64,000 nucleotides of DNA from an uncultured Chloroflexia bacterium (GTDB taxonomy: Bacteria > Chloroflexota > Chloroflexia > QHBQ01 > JADMIH01): the NCBI GenBank assembly GCA_963797095.1, contig CAWCNY010000002.1:672001-736000 (forward strand). The letters are read 5' to 3'. The notes beneath the pieces are model-generated. The model did no database searches and was not told the DNA's origin. It was given only the letters and a program-made list of their open reading frames with translations. This document shows, one piece after another, positions 20,374 through 29,350 of the stretch (position 1 is the stretch's first letter; each line of letters opens with the position of its first letter). Both the position numbers and the translations under genes were made by a program.

Positions 20374-20503
20374 ATGTTCTTACTCAATTACGCTCCAAAT
20401 CTACCATTTCATATTCAGGGGAAAGTAACTCGAAAAGTATATCATTATTGTACAGTCAGTATATTGCCCTTAGGATTATTCTAGAATTCGCTACGACTAT
20501 CTA

Positions 20504-20532
20504 TTGACAAGCGTTGCCGAGTATGCTATGGT
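20504..20532 (+). promoter_or_regulatory. Sigma70-type promoter with no downstream ORF
   Basis: TTGACA (20504-20509)-17 nt-TATGGT (20527-20532) with TGn extended -10. Confidence 0.55.
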
Positions 20533-20577
20533 GGTCTCGATAACAGAGAAAAGAAAAGCTCCTTTCCTTTCTTGTCA

Positions 20578-20605
20578 CAACGAGCCGGGGCCGCCCGGCT
20601 CGTTG
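20578..20605. terminator. 12-bp perfect hairpin, possibly a bidirectional terminator
   Basis: CAACGAGCCGGG-gccg-CCCGGCTCGTTG, 22 nt past the stop of the minus-strand ChrB-type gene. Confidence 0.7.
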
Positions 20606-20627
20606 AATTTAACCCTCTCTTTAGTGA

Positions 20628-21155
20628 TCACCTCGCCGCCTTTGCCCCCGAATTAGCCGTTGTCGCTTGCGTACCGTTCGCGCCCTTTTCCCACCAGCTT
20701 GCCTCCGAGTTGGCCCAATCTCTATTACCCGCCACGCGCCGCTGGCAATAGGCATACAGCGCGTCGAATACCAGCAGCATCCGCTCTACCATCTCATCAT
20801 CGCTGCTGCACAGCGCGTTCATCCCCTTGGCGATAGCGCGCAGCCCCTCGCCCTCTTCCACCGATCCAGGCTCTTTGGTTTCCGCTCCACGCACGATTTC
20901 GCCCATAAGAGCCAGCGCATCGTTGCTCTCGTCCAGCTTGTACTCGGCCAGCAACTCCTGAAACGAAGTGCGTTCACGGGTGTCGGGTGTTTCGGCTACC
21001 GTGTTGTGAAATGGCAGCGCCCCGGCCTCAACCACCTCCGCCATCTCGCTTGCTTCCGCGTAAATGAGCTCTGCACGCGGGTCCAGGTGGCGTTTTATCA
21101 GCCATGCGCAGGCCACGCGGTCCATGCGCACCCCTCTCCTCGTTACCCACTTCAT
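20628..21155 (-). CDS. Stand-alone ChrB C-terminal-domain (chromate resistance family) protein, copy 1
   Basis: MKWVTRRGVRMDRVACAWLIKRHLDPRAEL...GALPFH...TSFQELL...GEIVRGAE...EGEGLRAI...DDEMVE...VFDALY. GGAGG RBS. Confidence 0.88.
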   Translation of the reverse strand: MKWVTRRGVRMDRVACAWLIKRHLDPRAELIYAEASEMAEVVEAGALPFHNTVAETPDTRERTSFQELLAEYKLDESNDALALMGEIVRGAETKEPGSVEEGEGLRAIAKGMNALCSSDDEMVERMLLVFDALYAYCQRRVAGNRDWANSEASWWEKGANGTQATTANSGAKAAR

Positions 21156-21242
21156 ACGAGAACCTCCTCCTGTATATATCTCAGTATATACTCCCCTCCA
21201 AATGATGTTAATAGCACATCAAAGAGGCAGAGAAATATATAC

Positions 21243-21277
21243 TAATCTTAAGAAGATAAATGCTTACCTTAAGATTA
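21243..21277. promoter_or_regulatory. Candidate operator: 10-bp inverted repeat in the divergent promoter region
   Basis: TAATCTTAAG-15 nt-CTTAAGATTA in AT-rich intergenic DNA. Confidence 0.45.
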
Positions 21278-21309
21278 TACCATACTATTGCCAAAAAAGT
21301 AAATATTCA

Positions 21310-21338
21310 TTGACACCTCTTTCATGTGCTGATATAAT
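21310..21338 (+). promoter_or_regulatory. Consensus sigma70 promoter
   Basis: TTGACA-17 nt-TATAAT with TGn extended -10. Confidence 0.8.
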
Positions 21339-21382
21339 AGGCGCGTTAATGGGCTCACAGCGCCTCTGGAAAGGATATTACC

Positions 21383-22876
21383 TTGCCTACAAGTCTCTCC
21401 TTCAAGACCAGGCGACGGCTAAGCACCGTTGCAATCTCGGTTATCCTCCTTTCTTCCCTCCTTTCGGCTTGCGATAGCACATCCCCCACGGCCACGCCCG
21501 CTCCTTCGGCCACCACCGGCACCTCTGCCTCTACCGAATCCACTGCTACCACCTCAAGCTCAAGTTCTCCAGATGCCACCTCTACCACTGCTCCTGAGCC
21601 TACCCAGGCGGGCGCGGAGCAACTTAGCGGTGAGCTGAGCTTCCTCGTGTTCGGCGAGCCTGCCGAGGCTAAGGCCTTCGTTGATGTGGCCGCTGGGTTT
21701 ATGGAAGCCAACCCCAACGTAAAGATAAACACAACCGAGGTCCCTTCGCAACCTGACCATTTACAGAAGCTTGCCACCTCCTTTGCTGCTGGCGACCCGC
21801 CCGACGTGTGGGTGATTGACTACCGCCGCTACGGCCTCCTTCAAAACGCCGGCGTCACCGAGCCTGTCGGCCCCTACCTCGATAAGAGCACCATCATCCA
21901 GGCCAGCGATTTCTACACGCAACCTCTTAAGCCCTTCACCTATAATGGCGTGCTACAGTGCCTACCCATGAATATGTCCAGCCTGGAGGTCTACTATAAC
22001 AAAGACCTCTTCGATAAGGCGGGCGTCCCCTATCCCAAGGATGGCTGGACCTGGGACGACTTCGTCAACGATGCCAAGGCTATCTCCGCCCTCAGCACCC
22101 CCGACGAAAAGATCTGGGGCCTCGGTATCGATCCCCAGTTGATCCGTCTTGCCCCCTTCATCTGGCAGAACGGCGGCGACATCGTTGATAACGTGGACCA
22201 CCCAACCCGCTTCACCCTTGACACCCCTGCGGCCAAAGAGGCTTTCCAGTGGTTCGTAGACCTCTCCGTGAAATACCACGTCGTAGCCACCCAGGAAGAG
22301 AATATCTCCGAGCTTGACGAGACCCGCTTCCTCTTCAACACTCTCGGTATGTTCCTCCTTAGCAGGCGCGTTGTTCCCGCCCTCCGCACCGCCTCCGGCT
22401 TCGATTGGGACGTGGCCCCCCTGCCCGTTGGCAAAGAGAAGGTCAGCATCCTCCATACAGATGCTTATTGTATGTCAAAAGCCTCACCGAACAAAGATCT
22501 GGCCTGGAAGTTCATCGAGTATGCCAACGGCCCTGAGGGCCAGGTCATAGCTGCCAGGACCGGGCGCACGGTCCCCTCCCTCATAAGCGTAGCCGAATCG
22601 CCTGTCTACCTACAGTCGGACAAGCCCCCCAAGAGCAGCGATGTCTTCCTCGACATGGGCCCCTATCTGCGTGCGACATCTCAAATCGCCACCTGGCCCG
22701 ATATTGAGCTAAAGGCCAACGCCCTCATCACCGAAGCGTTCTACGGCCATATTACTGTGGACGAAGCGATTGAACAGATTGAGGAGGTCACTGCCGACGA
22801 TTTCAACTCGGAACACTTCCCCAGCACAATCATCATCCCCACCCCTGTCCCCGGCAGGCATGGAGAGGACGACTAG
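21383..22876 (+). CDS. ABC transporter substrate-binding lipoprotein, carbohydrate (family 1) type, with no adjacent cognate permeases
   Basis: Lipobox LLSAC, Ser/Thr-rich linker, AAGDPPDV, YYNKDLFDKAGVPYPKDGWTWDDF, FDWDVAPLP. Confidence 0.9.
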   Translation: MPTSLSFKTRRRLSTVAISVILLSSLLSACDSTSPTATPAPSATTGTSASTESTATTSSSSSPDATSTTAPEPTQAGAEQLSGELSFLVFGEPAEAKAFVDVAAGFMEANPNVKINTTEVPSQPDHLQKLATSFAAGDPPDVWVIDYRRYGLLQNAGVTEPVGPYLDKSTIIQASDFYTQPLKPFTYNGVLQCLPMNMSSLEVYYNKDLFDKAGVPYPKDGWTWDDFVNDAKAISALSTPDEKIWGLGIDPQLIRLAPFIWQNGGDIVDNVDHPTRFTLDTPAAKEAFQWFVDLSVKYHVVATQEENISELDETRFLFNTLGMFLLSRRVVPALRTASGFDWDVAPLPVGKEKVSILHTDAYCMSKASPNKDLAWKFIEYANGPEGQVIAARTGRTVPSLISVAESPVYLQSDKPPKSSDVFLDMGPYLRATSQIATWPDIELKANALITEAFYGHITVDEAIEQIEEVTADDFNSEHFPSTIIIPTPVPGRHGEDD

Positions 22877-22996
22877 CTGCCAGGAGTATCGTCCAGACAT
22901 TGCGCTCTGAACTTCCCATCACGTATCGCGTATCACATTTCACGCGTGATACATGACACGACTGCGGTAATAACACACAAGCAAGGAGGGATGTGA

Positions 22997-24493
22997 ATGA
23001 AAAAGGTATTGATCCTGGCGGTGATAGGCCTACTGGTGTTCGGTTTTGGTCCCGCCCGGCACGCATTCGCCCAGAGCAAAGTGGTGCGTCTCACTCTTAT
23101 AGATGAGAACGGCTCAGGCGAAGACGGCTCGGCCCAGCTAACCGACCAGGGTGATGGTACCACTAAGTTTGAGCTTATTATGCTCAACATGCCCGAAGGC
23201 GACGTGCAGCCCGCTGCCGTCCACGAAGGCTCTTGCGCCAACCTTGATGCCGACGAGGTCTATGCCCTCGAAAGCGTCAAAGAGAGCAGATCGACCACAA
23301 TCGTCAACTCCTCTCTCGCCGATCTCACGGCGGAAAAGCACGCGATCACCGTCTACAGGTCTGACTCCGACAAAACAATCATCTCCTGCGGCAACCTTCC
23401 CACCAACACAAGCTCCTCAGGCGGCGAAATGACCCTGGATCAGGTGCTCACCGCTCTCCACGATCAGGCCGAAGAGATTGAAGGCCAGGTCAAGAAGCAA
23501 GAGAACGACGCCTCGCTCAACGCTTACGATGCCTATCACGTCATCTTCGCGGCTCATGAGGACGCCATCAAGGCCAAGAACGAAGATGTCTGGCAAGAAC
23601 TTGAGGACGCCATGCACGAGGTCCAGAATGCCATCAATGAAGGCAACTGGGACGAGGCAGCCGAAAATGCCGAGAAACTTGTGCAGACCATAGAGGATGC
23701 CCAGGAGGAACTGGGCGGCTCGGCAGCAGCCTCTATGTCCGTGGACGAGGCCCTCGATAAATTGGGTGAGCAAGCCAACGACCTTGTCCGTGAAACCGGT
23801 AACAAAGACGACCCAGGCTCCAAAGCCGCCTATGATGCCTACCACGAGACCTTTGCCGCTAACGAGGCCGCCATCAAGGCCAAGAGCGAAGACTCCTGGC
23901 AAGAGTTGGAAGACGGAATGCACGAGGTGAACGATGCCATCCAGGCTGGCGACTTTGAAAAAGCCAACGAGGCCGCCAAAGAACTGGTAACGCGTATCAA
24001 CGAAGCCAAGGAAGCCATCAGCGGCACTTCCAGTGGCACTTCCGATAACAGCAGTAGCACCGGTGGCACTATGTCGCTCGATGCGGTCTTCGAGACCCTC
24101 AGCGACCAGGCTGCCGACATCGTGCGCGAGACCGGCAACGGGGATGCGACAGGCTCTCAGGCTGCGTATGACGATTACCATGCCACCTTCGCCGCCAACG
24201 AGGACGCCATCAAGGCCAAGAACGAGAGTGCATGGCAATCTCTGGAAGACGGAATGCGCGAAGTACGTGACGCCATCCAGGCTGGCGACTTCGATAAAGC
24301 CAATCAAGCTGCCAAAGAGCTTCAGACCACCATCCAGGAGGCCGAGGACGTAGTTATGGGTGGCGGCAACGCGCCTCTCCCCACGACGGGCAATGGCAAT
24401 TCGTCTACCCTCAGCCTCACCGGCGTTGCTCTCGCGTTGCTGCTCATGGCGCTAGGTGTTGCCGCCAGGCGCGTCTCCTACCGCTTGCACTAG
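22997..24493 (+). CDS. Secreted LPxTG-anchored protein: CHRD/CuZn-SOD-like N-domain plus three ~95-aa acidic helical repeats
   Basis: Signal peptide (..HAFA-Q), QPAAVHEGSCANL...SCGNL domain, three YDxYHxxFAAxExAIKAK...WQxLEDxMxEV repeats, then LPTTG, a TM helix and RR tail. AAGGAGG RBS. Confidence 0.8.
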   Translation: MKKVLILAVIGLLVFGFGPARHAFAQSKVVRLTLIDENGSGEDGSAQLTDQGDGTTKFELIMLNMPEGDVQPAAVHEGSCANLDADEVYALESVKESRSTTIVNSSLADLTAEKHAITVYRSDSDKTIISCGNLPTNTSSSGGEMTLDQVLTALHDQAEEIEGQVKKQENDASLNAYDAYHVIFAAHEDAIKAKNEDVWQELEDAMHEVQNAINEGNWDEAAENAEKLVQTIEDAQEELGGSAAASMSVDEALDKLGEQANDLVRETGNKDDPGSKAAYDAYHETFAANEAAIKAKSEDSWQELEDGMHEVNDAIQAGDFEKANEAAKELVTRINEAKEAISGTSSGTSDNSSSTGGTMSLDAVFETLSDQAADIVRETGNGDATGSQAAYDDYHATFAANEDAIKAKNESAWQSLEDGMREVRDAIQAGDFDKANQAAKELQTTIQEAEDVVMGGGNAPLPTTGNGNSSTLSLTGVALALLLMALGVAARRVSYRLH

Positions 24494-24509
24494 AGCGCAC
24501 AACGCTTTC

Positions 24510-24545
24510 CCCCGCGCAGAGATGCCTAAGAATCCCTGCGCGGGG
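24510..24545 (+). terminator. Intergenic stem-loop (terminator or stabiliser)
   Basis: CCCCGCGCAG...CTGCGCGGGG right after the stop codon. No U-tract. Confidence 0.45.
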
Positions 24546-24588
24546 ACGCCGCCTACTAAGTAGGACGGCCCCGAACCTCGAAACCCCT

Positions 24589-24645
24589 TGTGTTTGATAT
24601 CGATTAAGCAAGTAAGAAAGAAACATTAGATATTTATCAAACACA
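24589..24645. promoter_or_regulatory. 11-bp inverted repeat flanking an AT-rich core upstream of the Fe-type ABC operon
   Basis: TGTGTTTGATA (24589-24599) and TATCAAACACA (24635-24645). Confidence 0.4.
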
Positions 24646-24688
24646 TGGCTGGCTGAAAGAAATATTCTCAAAAACATCAGGAGGAACT

Positions 24689-26206
24689 ATGGAAAGGATC
24701 GGAATATCAGAACGGAAAAACCGGAAGTGGGCGATATTGGCCCTGGCAGCACTGGCCCTTTCTCTCCTTCCTGCAGGGATGAGGCCCGCACTCGCTCAAG
24801 GGGACTCGCGTACCTTCACGGAAACAGGCAAGACCGTCAGCGGTAAATTCCTGGCATATTGGAACGATCACGGTGGCCTGGCTCAGCAGGGCCTCCCGAT
24901 CAGCGACGAAATGCAGGACCAATCGCCTCTCGACGGCAAGACCTACACGATGCAATACTTCGAGCGAGCGGTCTTCGAGATGCACCCTGAAAACCAGGCT
25001 CCCAACGACGTACTGCTATCGCTCCTGGGTGTCTTCCAGTTCACCAAGCTTCACCCTCAGGGCGTCGCTGATGCCAAGGCCAGCACCGACAATCCCGCCA
25101 CATTCAGCGAGACCGGTATGACCATCGGTGGCAAGTTCCGCGACTACTGGGAGAGCCACGGCGGCCTTGCCCAGCAGGGCTACCCCATCTCTAACGAGTT
25201 CGATGAAGTAAGCCCCCTCGACGGCAAAACCTATACAGTCCAGTACTTCGAGCGCGCCGTCTTTGAGCTTCACCCTGAGAACACCGCTCCCAACGACGTG
25301 CTTCTGTCTCAGTTGGGCACGTTCCAGTATCAGAATGTGACCGACCTCTCCTTCACGGACTGGACCGGCACCACCCACACCCTCCCCAAGCGCCCAACCA
25401 GGATCGTCTGCCTCACGGGCTTCTGCGAGGATGCCCTCTTCCAGCTTGGTATCGAGCCTGTGGCCGTCAGCGACACGCTCTACAAGCAGCCATACCTCTG
25501 GGGTCCCGATAAGGACTTCCCCGCTATCGGCGGCGGTTTCGGTGCTCCCAATCTGGAAGACATCGCCAAGGCGACCCCCGACCTCGTTATTGGCTTCCAG
25601 AACCTCATCCCGCAGCGCGCAGCCATCGAGAAGATCGCGCCTCTCTTTATCATCAACCCCGGCAAGTTCGAGGATACAATCGACAATCTGCGCATCCTCG
25701 CCCGCCTGACCGGCACTTCCTACAAGGGCGAGCAGGCCATCAAGGCGTTCTACGCCAAGCTAAACGCCTACCGCGCCAAGTCGCCCAACAATCAGGTGCC
25801 TGTGCTTCTCTTTGGCAATAGCGTCAACTTCAGCATCTTCACCCAGCCCTCCATGCCGGGTAGCATCCTCACCGCCGCTACCTACTATCCGTGGCCCGCG
25901 GAAGGTGGTCCGCTCTCCCCCGACCAGGAACCGGGTTCCCTCCAGTATTCCCTTGAGAAGCTGCTGGACAAAGACCCCGACGTGATCCTCTCGATCACCC
26001 AGGGTTCCGGCGCTAACGGCAAGCTCTCGGAGATACTTGCCAAGAACCCGATCTGGAGCCAGCTCAAGGCCGTGAAGAACGGTCGCGTATACGAGGTAAA
26101 CTTCTCCAACTACGTCACCGGGCGCGGTCTCATCTCCCTGGGCCTGGCCCTCGATGACGCAATGATGAAGATCTATCCCGACACCTTCACTAAACCACTA
26201 CCGTAA
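24689..26206 (+). CDS. Fe-siderophore/cobalamin-class ABC substrate-binding protein with two N-terminal Chloroflexota-type surface repeats
   Basis: Two FxETG...GKFxxYWxxHGGLAQQGxPIS...QYFERAVFExHPEN..PNDVLLS repeats, then FTDWTG...PKRPTRIVCL, PNLEDIAKATPDLVI, SLEKLLDKDPDVI, WSQLKAVKNGRVY. Confidence 0.9.
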   Translation: MERIGISERKNRKWAILALAALALSLLPAGMRPALAQGDSRTFTETGKTVSGKFLAYWNDHGGLAQQGLPISDEMQDQSPLDGKTYTMQYFERAVFEMHPENQAPNDVLLSLLGVFQFTKLHPQGVADAKASTDNPATFSETGMTIGGKFRDYWESHGGLAQQGYPISNEFDEVSPLDGKTYTVQYFERAVFELHPENTAPNDVLLSQLGTFQYQNVTDLSFTDWTGTTHTLPKRPTRIVCLTGFCEDALFQLGIEPVAVSDTLYKQPYLWGPDKDFPAIGGGFGAPNLEDIAKATPDLVIGFQNLIPQRAAIEKIAPLFIINPGKFEDTIDNLRILARLTGTSYKGEQAIKAFYAKLNAYRAKSPNNQVPVLLFGNSVNFSIFTQPSMPGSILTAATYYPWPAEGGPLSPDQEPGSLQYSLEKLLDKDPDVILSITQGSGANGKLSEILAKNPIWSQLKAVKNGRVYEVNFSNYVTGRGLISLGLALDDAMMKIYPDTFTKPLP

Positions 26207-26229
26207 TGGTATAACCGGCAAATAGACTG

Positions 26230-26254
26230 GGGATCAGGCGTAAAACCTGATCCC
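26230..26254 (+). terminator. Stem-loop between binding-protein and permease genes
   Basis: GGGATCAGG-7 nt-CCTGATCCC. Confidence 0.5.
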
Positions 26255-26275
26255 AATCCCTGTCCTTGTTCAATC

Positions 26276-27319
26276 ATGTCCACAATTACCCAAGCTCAAC
26301 CCCTATATCGCACTTCCCGGGTTAGCCGCCTGATTCTGGTGCTCATCGTACTCGTCCTGGCTTTGCTTGCACTCATGCTGCTCGGCTTGATGCTTGGCAT
26401 CCCTCAGCTAACCCTCTCCGACCTGATCGTGGTCGCCCAGGGTGGAGGCAGCCGTCTTGCCGGCATCGTCGTGCCACAATTGAGACTCCCCCGCGAAGTA
26501 TTGGGCGCTATGGCTGGCGCTATGCTTGCCCTCGCGGGCACCATGTTCCAGGACTCGATGCGCAACCCCCTGGCAGGCCCTGAGCTTATCGGTGTTTCCA
26601 GCGGTGCGTCCTTCGTAATGGCAGCCATCGTCATATTCCATCTTCCTGTTCCCTGGGAGTTATACCCCGTCGCGGCTCTCGCCGGGGGTATGTTCGCGGG
26701 GAGCATCGCCCTCTTTTCCATGCGTCGCCTGGGCGACCCTGTTCGTCTCGTCCTCATGGGCGTATCGGTTAGCGCCCTCCTGCACGCCGGTATCATTGCC
26801 ATCATCAGCCTGGGCGAGCAAAATGACGTGGGATTGCTCTACCTCTATCTCCTCGGCAGCCTGGCGAACCGCACCTGGGACTATGTAAATCTGGTGTGGC
26901 CCTGGGCGGTTGTCTGCATCCCCCTCTCCCTCATGATGGCGCGCCCCCTCAACCTCCTTCAATTGGGCGATGAGATGGCCGAGGGATTGGGCCTGCACGT
27001 GGTCAGGTGGCGCATCCTCATTATGACCATTGGCGCTATGATGGTGGCTTCTGTTGTCGCCGTGGCAGGCCCAATAGGCTACGTTGCCCTGGTGTGCCCT
27101 CATATTGCGCGGCGGCTTATGAGAACCACCGATGCGCGTGTGGTATTGCCGGTGGCTATGCTGTTGGGCTCTATACTTCTCGTCGGGGCCGACCTCCTGG
27201 CGAAGAACCTCTTCTCCCCACTAGAATTACCCGTTGGCCTCTGGACTACCCTCATCGGCGGGCCTCTCCTTGTGGTGATGATGCGACGGCAGTTAGCTGG
27301 TGCAAAGGCGATGAGATGA
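26276..27319 (+). CDS. FecCD/FhuB-family iron-chelate ABC permease
   Basis: LRLPR, RNPLAGPELIGVSSGA, LGDEMAEGLG, GPIGYVALVCPHIARRL, ELPVG. Confidence 0.93.
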   Translation: MSTITQAQPLYRTSRVSRLILVLIVLVLALLALMLLGLMLGIPQLTLSDLIVVAQGGGSRLAGIVVPQLRLPREVLGAMAGAMLALAGTMFQDSMRNPLAGPELIGVSSGASFVMAAIVIFHLPVPWELYPVAALAGGMFAGSIALFSMRRLGDPVRLVLMGVSVSALLHAGIIAIISLGEQNDVGLLYLYLLGSLANRTWDYVNLVWPWAVVCIPLSLMMARPLNLLQLGDEMAEGLGLHVVRWRILIMTIGAMMVASVVAVAGPIGYVALVCPHIARRLMRTTDARVVLPVAMLLGSILLVGADLLAKNLFSPLELPVGLWTTLIGGPLLVVMMRRQLAGAKAMR

Positions 27320-28422
27320 CCAGCCCTTCCAGCGAGTACCAGGTACCAGGCAGCGAGTACCGGGCTGCCGCTGCCAAATATCGCCTGCCTGCCGCCGTCG
27401 GTCAGCCTTTCCTCGTGCGCAACTTCCCTATCGTCCTGGTGGCGGGCGTGCTCTTGCTCGGCATCCTCATCCTGGCCCACATCAATATCGGCACGGCTGA
27501 CATTTCCGTCCAGGACATAATTAAAGTGCTCACCGGCCAGAAGGTTGACGATGTAACCTACACAATCGTCCACGAACTGCGCTTGCCTCGCGCTCTCGTA
27601 GCGGTGCTGGCGGGCGCGATGCTCGCCCTCGCTGGTGCGATCATGCAGACCGTTACCCGCAACCCGCTGGCCGACCCCGACCTCACCGGGGCGACTTCGG
27701 GCGCGGTCTTCTTCGCGGTGTTGTGGCTCTCTCGCCAGTTGTTCTATCGCAACGTCGCTCCACCCGATATCAGCGTACCCGCCATCGCGATGGTAGGCAG
27801 CGTGCTCACCGGAGGATTTGTCTACTTCTTGAGCCGGGGCCGCGACCGCCAATCCAACACCATCCGTATGGTATTGACCGGCGTGATGATAAGCGCGATC
27901 TTCCGCTCGCTAACCTCCCTCATCTTGCTGATAAACCAGAACGCTACCAGCGGAATCCTCACCTGGATCATAGGCTCGCTCAATGGCGTCACCTGGGAAC
28001 ACTGGGATACCATCTGGCCCTGGGCTGCTTCCACCATACCTATAGGCATAGGCTGTGCGGGCGTCGCCAATGTTCTCCACCTCGGCGACGACATAGCCTC
28101 CGGCCTCGGCTCGCGGGTCGAGCGTTCGCGCCTCCTCCTCTTGTTCGTGGCGGTACTTCTCACCGCTGCCTCCGTATCGGTGGTAGGCGCGTTGGGCTTT
28201 CTCGGTCTGATTGCTCCACATATCGCCCGCCGGCTGGTAGGAAATGATTCCAGGCGCGTCTTCCCTCTGAGCGCCATCATAGGGGCGACTATACTAATCC
28301 TGGCAGATATTTTTGCCAGGAGCCTGACCGAAACCGTGCCTCTCCCGGTCGGGGCGGTCCTGGCGCTGGTGGGCACGCCTTTCTTGATCTACTTATTACG
28401 CAGGGGAATAAAAAGGGGCTAG
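27316..28422 (+). CDS. FecCD/FhuG-family iron-chelate ABC permease
   Basis: ELRLPRALVAVLAGAMLALAGAIMQTVTRNPLADP, LGDDIASGLG, GLIAPHIARRLVG. ATGA overlap with the upstream stop. Confidence 0.93.
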   Translation: MTSPSSEYQVPGSEYRAAAAKYRLPAAVGQPFLVRNFPIVLVAGVLLLGILILAHINIGTADISVQDIIKVLTGQKVDDVTYTIVHELRLPRALVAVLAGAMLALAGAIMQTVTRNPLADPDLTGATSGAVFFAVLWLSRQLFYRNVAPPDISVPAIAMVGSVLTGGFVYFLSRGRDRQSNTIRMVLTGVMISAIFRSLTSLILLINQNATSGILTWIIGSLNGVTWEHWDTIWPWAASTIPIGIGCAGVANVLHLGDDIASGLGSRVERSRLLLLFVAVLLTAASVSVVGALGFLGLIAPHIARRLVGNDSRRVFPLSAIIGATILILADIFARSLTETVPLPVGAVLALVGTPFLIYLLRRGIKRG

Positions 28423-28423
28423 A

Positions 28424-29302
28424 ATGAATGATAATCCGGTAAGTAAGAACGGTTCGCTACCCGGGAACCCATCCGCGAACGGCCATAAACCGGTTCTCAG
28501 GGCCGACACACTCAATATCGGTTACGGCCAGCACATTGTGGTTGAGGGCCTGTCTCTCGACCTGCTGAAGGGCGGCGTTACCGCGCTCGTAGGCCCGAAC
28601 GGTTCGGGCAAATCAACCCTGCTGAAAACTCTGGCCCGATTGCTCCAGCCAAGCTCAGGCGCGGTCTACCTGAACGGCAAGGCCATCTCGCGTATGCCCA
28701 CTTCTGCAGTAGCCCAGGAGATCGCTGTACTTCCTCAGGGTCCCGTCGCCCCCGCAGGCCTTACGGTTGCCGAGTTGGTAGAGCAGGGCCGCTACCCGCA
28801 CGCCGGGCCTCTACGAATGCTTCGCAAGCAAGACTATTCCGCTATCGGCGAAGCCATGCGCCTCACCGGCATGGAAGACTTCGCCCACCGCTCTCTCGAC
28901 AGCCTGTCGGGAGGCGAGAAGCAACGCGCCTGGATAGCCCTCGCTCTGGCCCAGGAGACCCCGGTCCTCCTGCTCGACGAGCCTACCACCTTCCTCGACA
29001 TAGGCCACCAGCTTGAAGTGCTGGAACTGGTAGAACAACTCAACCGGAACAAGGGCATGACGGTAGTGCTCGTACTGCACGACCTGAACCATGCAGCCCG
29101 CTACGCCGGCAGGATGGTAGCCCTCAAAGAGGGGCGCATAGTCGCCGATGGCTCGCCTTCGGAAGTGCTGACATCCACCCTCCTCACCGATCTATTCGGA
29201 GTACACGCCCACATAATTCCCGACCCCGAAACAGGCAAGCCGGTCTGCCTCCCTTACGCAGTAGTAACTCAGGAACAAGAGCAACCCATCAACAAACCAT
29301 GA
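28424..29302 (+). CDS. FecE/FhuC-family ABC ATPase
   Basis: GPNGSGKST, LSGGEKQRAWIA, LLLDEPTTFLDIGHQ, VLHDLN. Confidence 0.95.
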   Translation: MNDNPVSKNGSLPGNPSANGHKPVLRADTLNIGYGQHIVVEGLSLDLLKGGVTALVGPNGSGKSTLLKTLARLLQPSSGAVYLNGKAISRMPTSAVAQEIAVLPQGPVAPAGLTVAELVEQGRYPHAGPLRMLRKQDYSAIGEAMRLTGMEDFAHRSLDSLSGGEKQRAWIALALAQETPVLLLDEPTTFLDIGHQLEVLELVEQLNRNKGMTVVLVLHDLNHAARYAGRMVALKEGRIVADGSPSEVLTSTLLTDLFGVHAHIIPDPETGKPVCLPYAVVTQEQEQPINKP

Positions 29303-29350
29303 ACCGGCTACCGGCAACCGGCAACCAATTATCACAAGGAGCCAACAACA

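Noticed and set aside
21200-24690. Canonical Fur or DtxR/IdeR boxes upstream of the iron-type ABC genes
   Set aside because: No convincing match to either consensus by eye. The inverted repeats present are different.
27007-27315. N-terminal extension of the second permease in the ORF track
   Set aside because: It overlaps the first permease. ATG 27316 gives a standard ATGA coupling.
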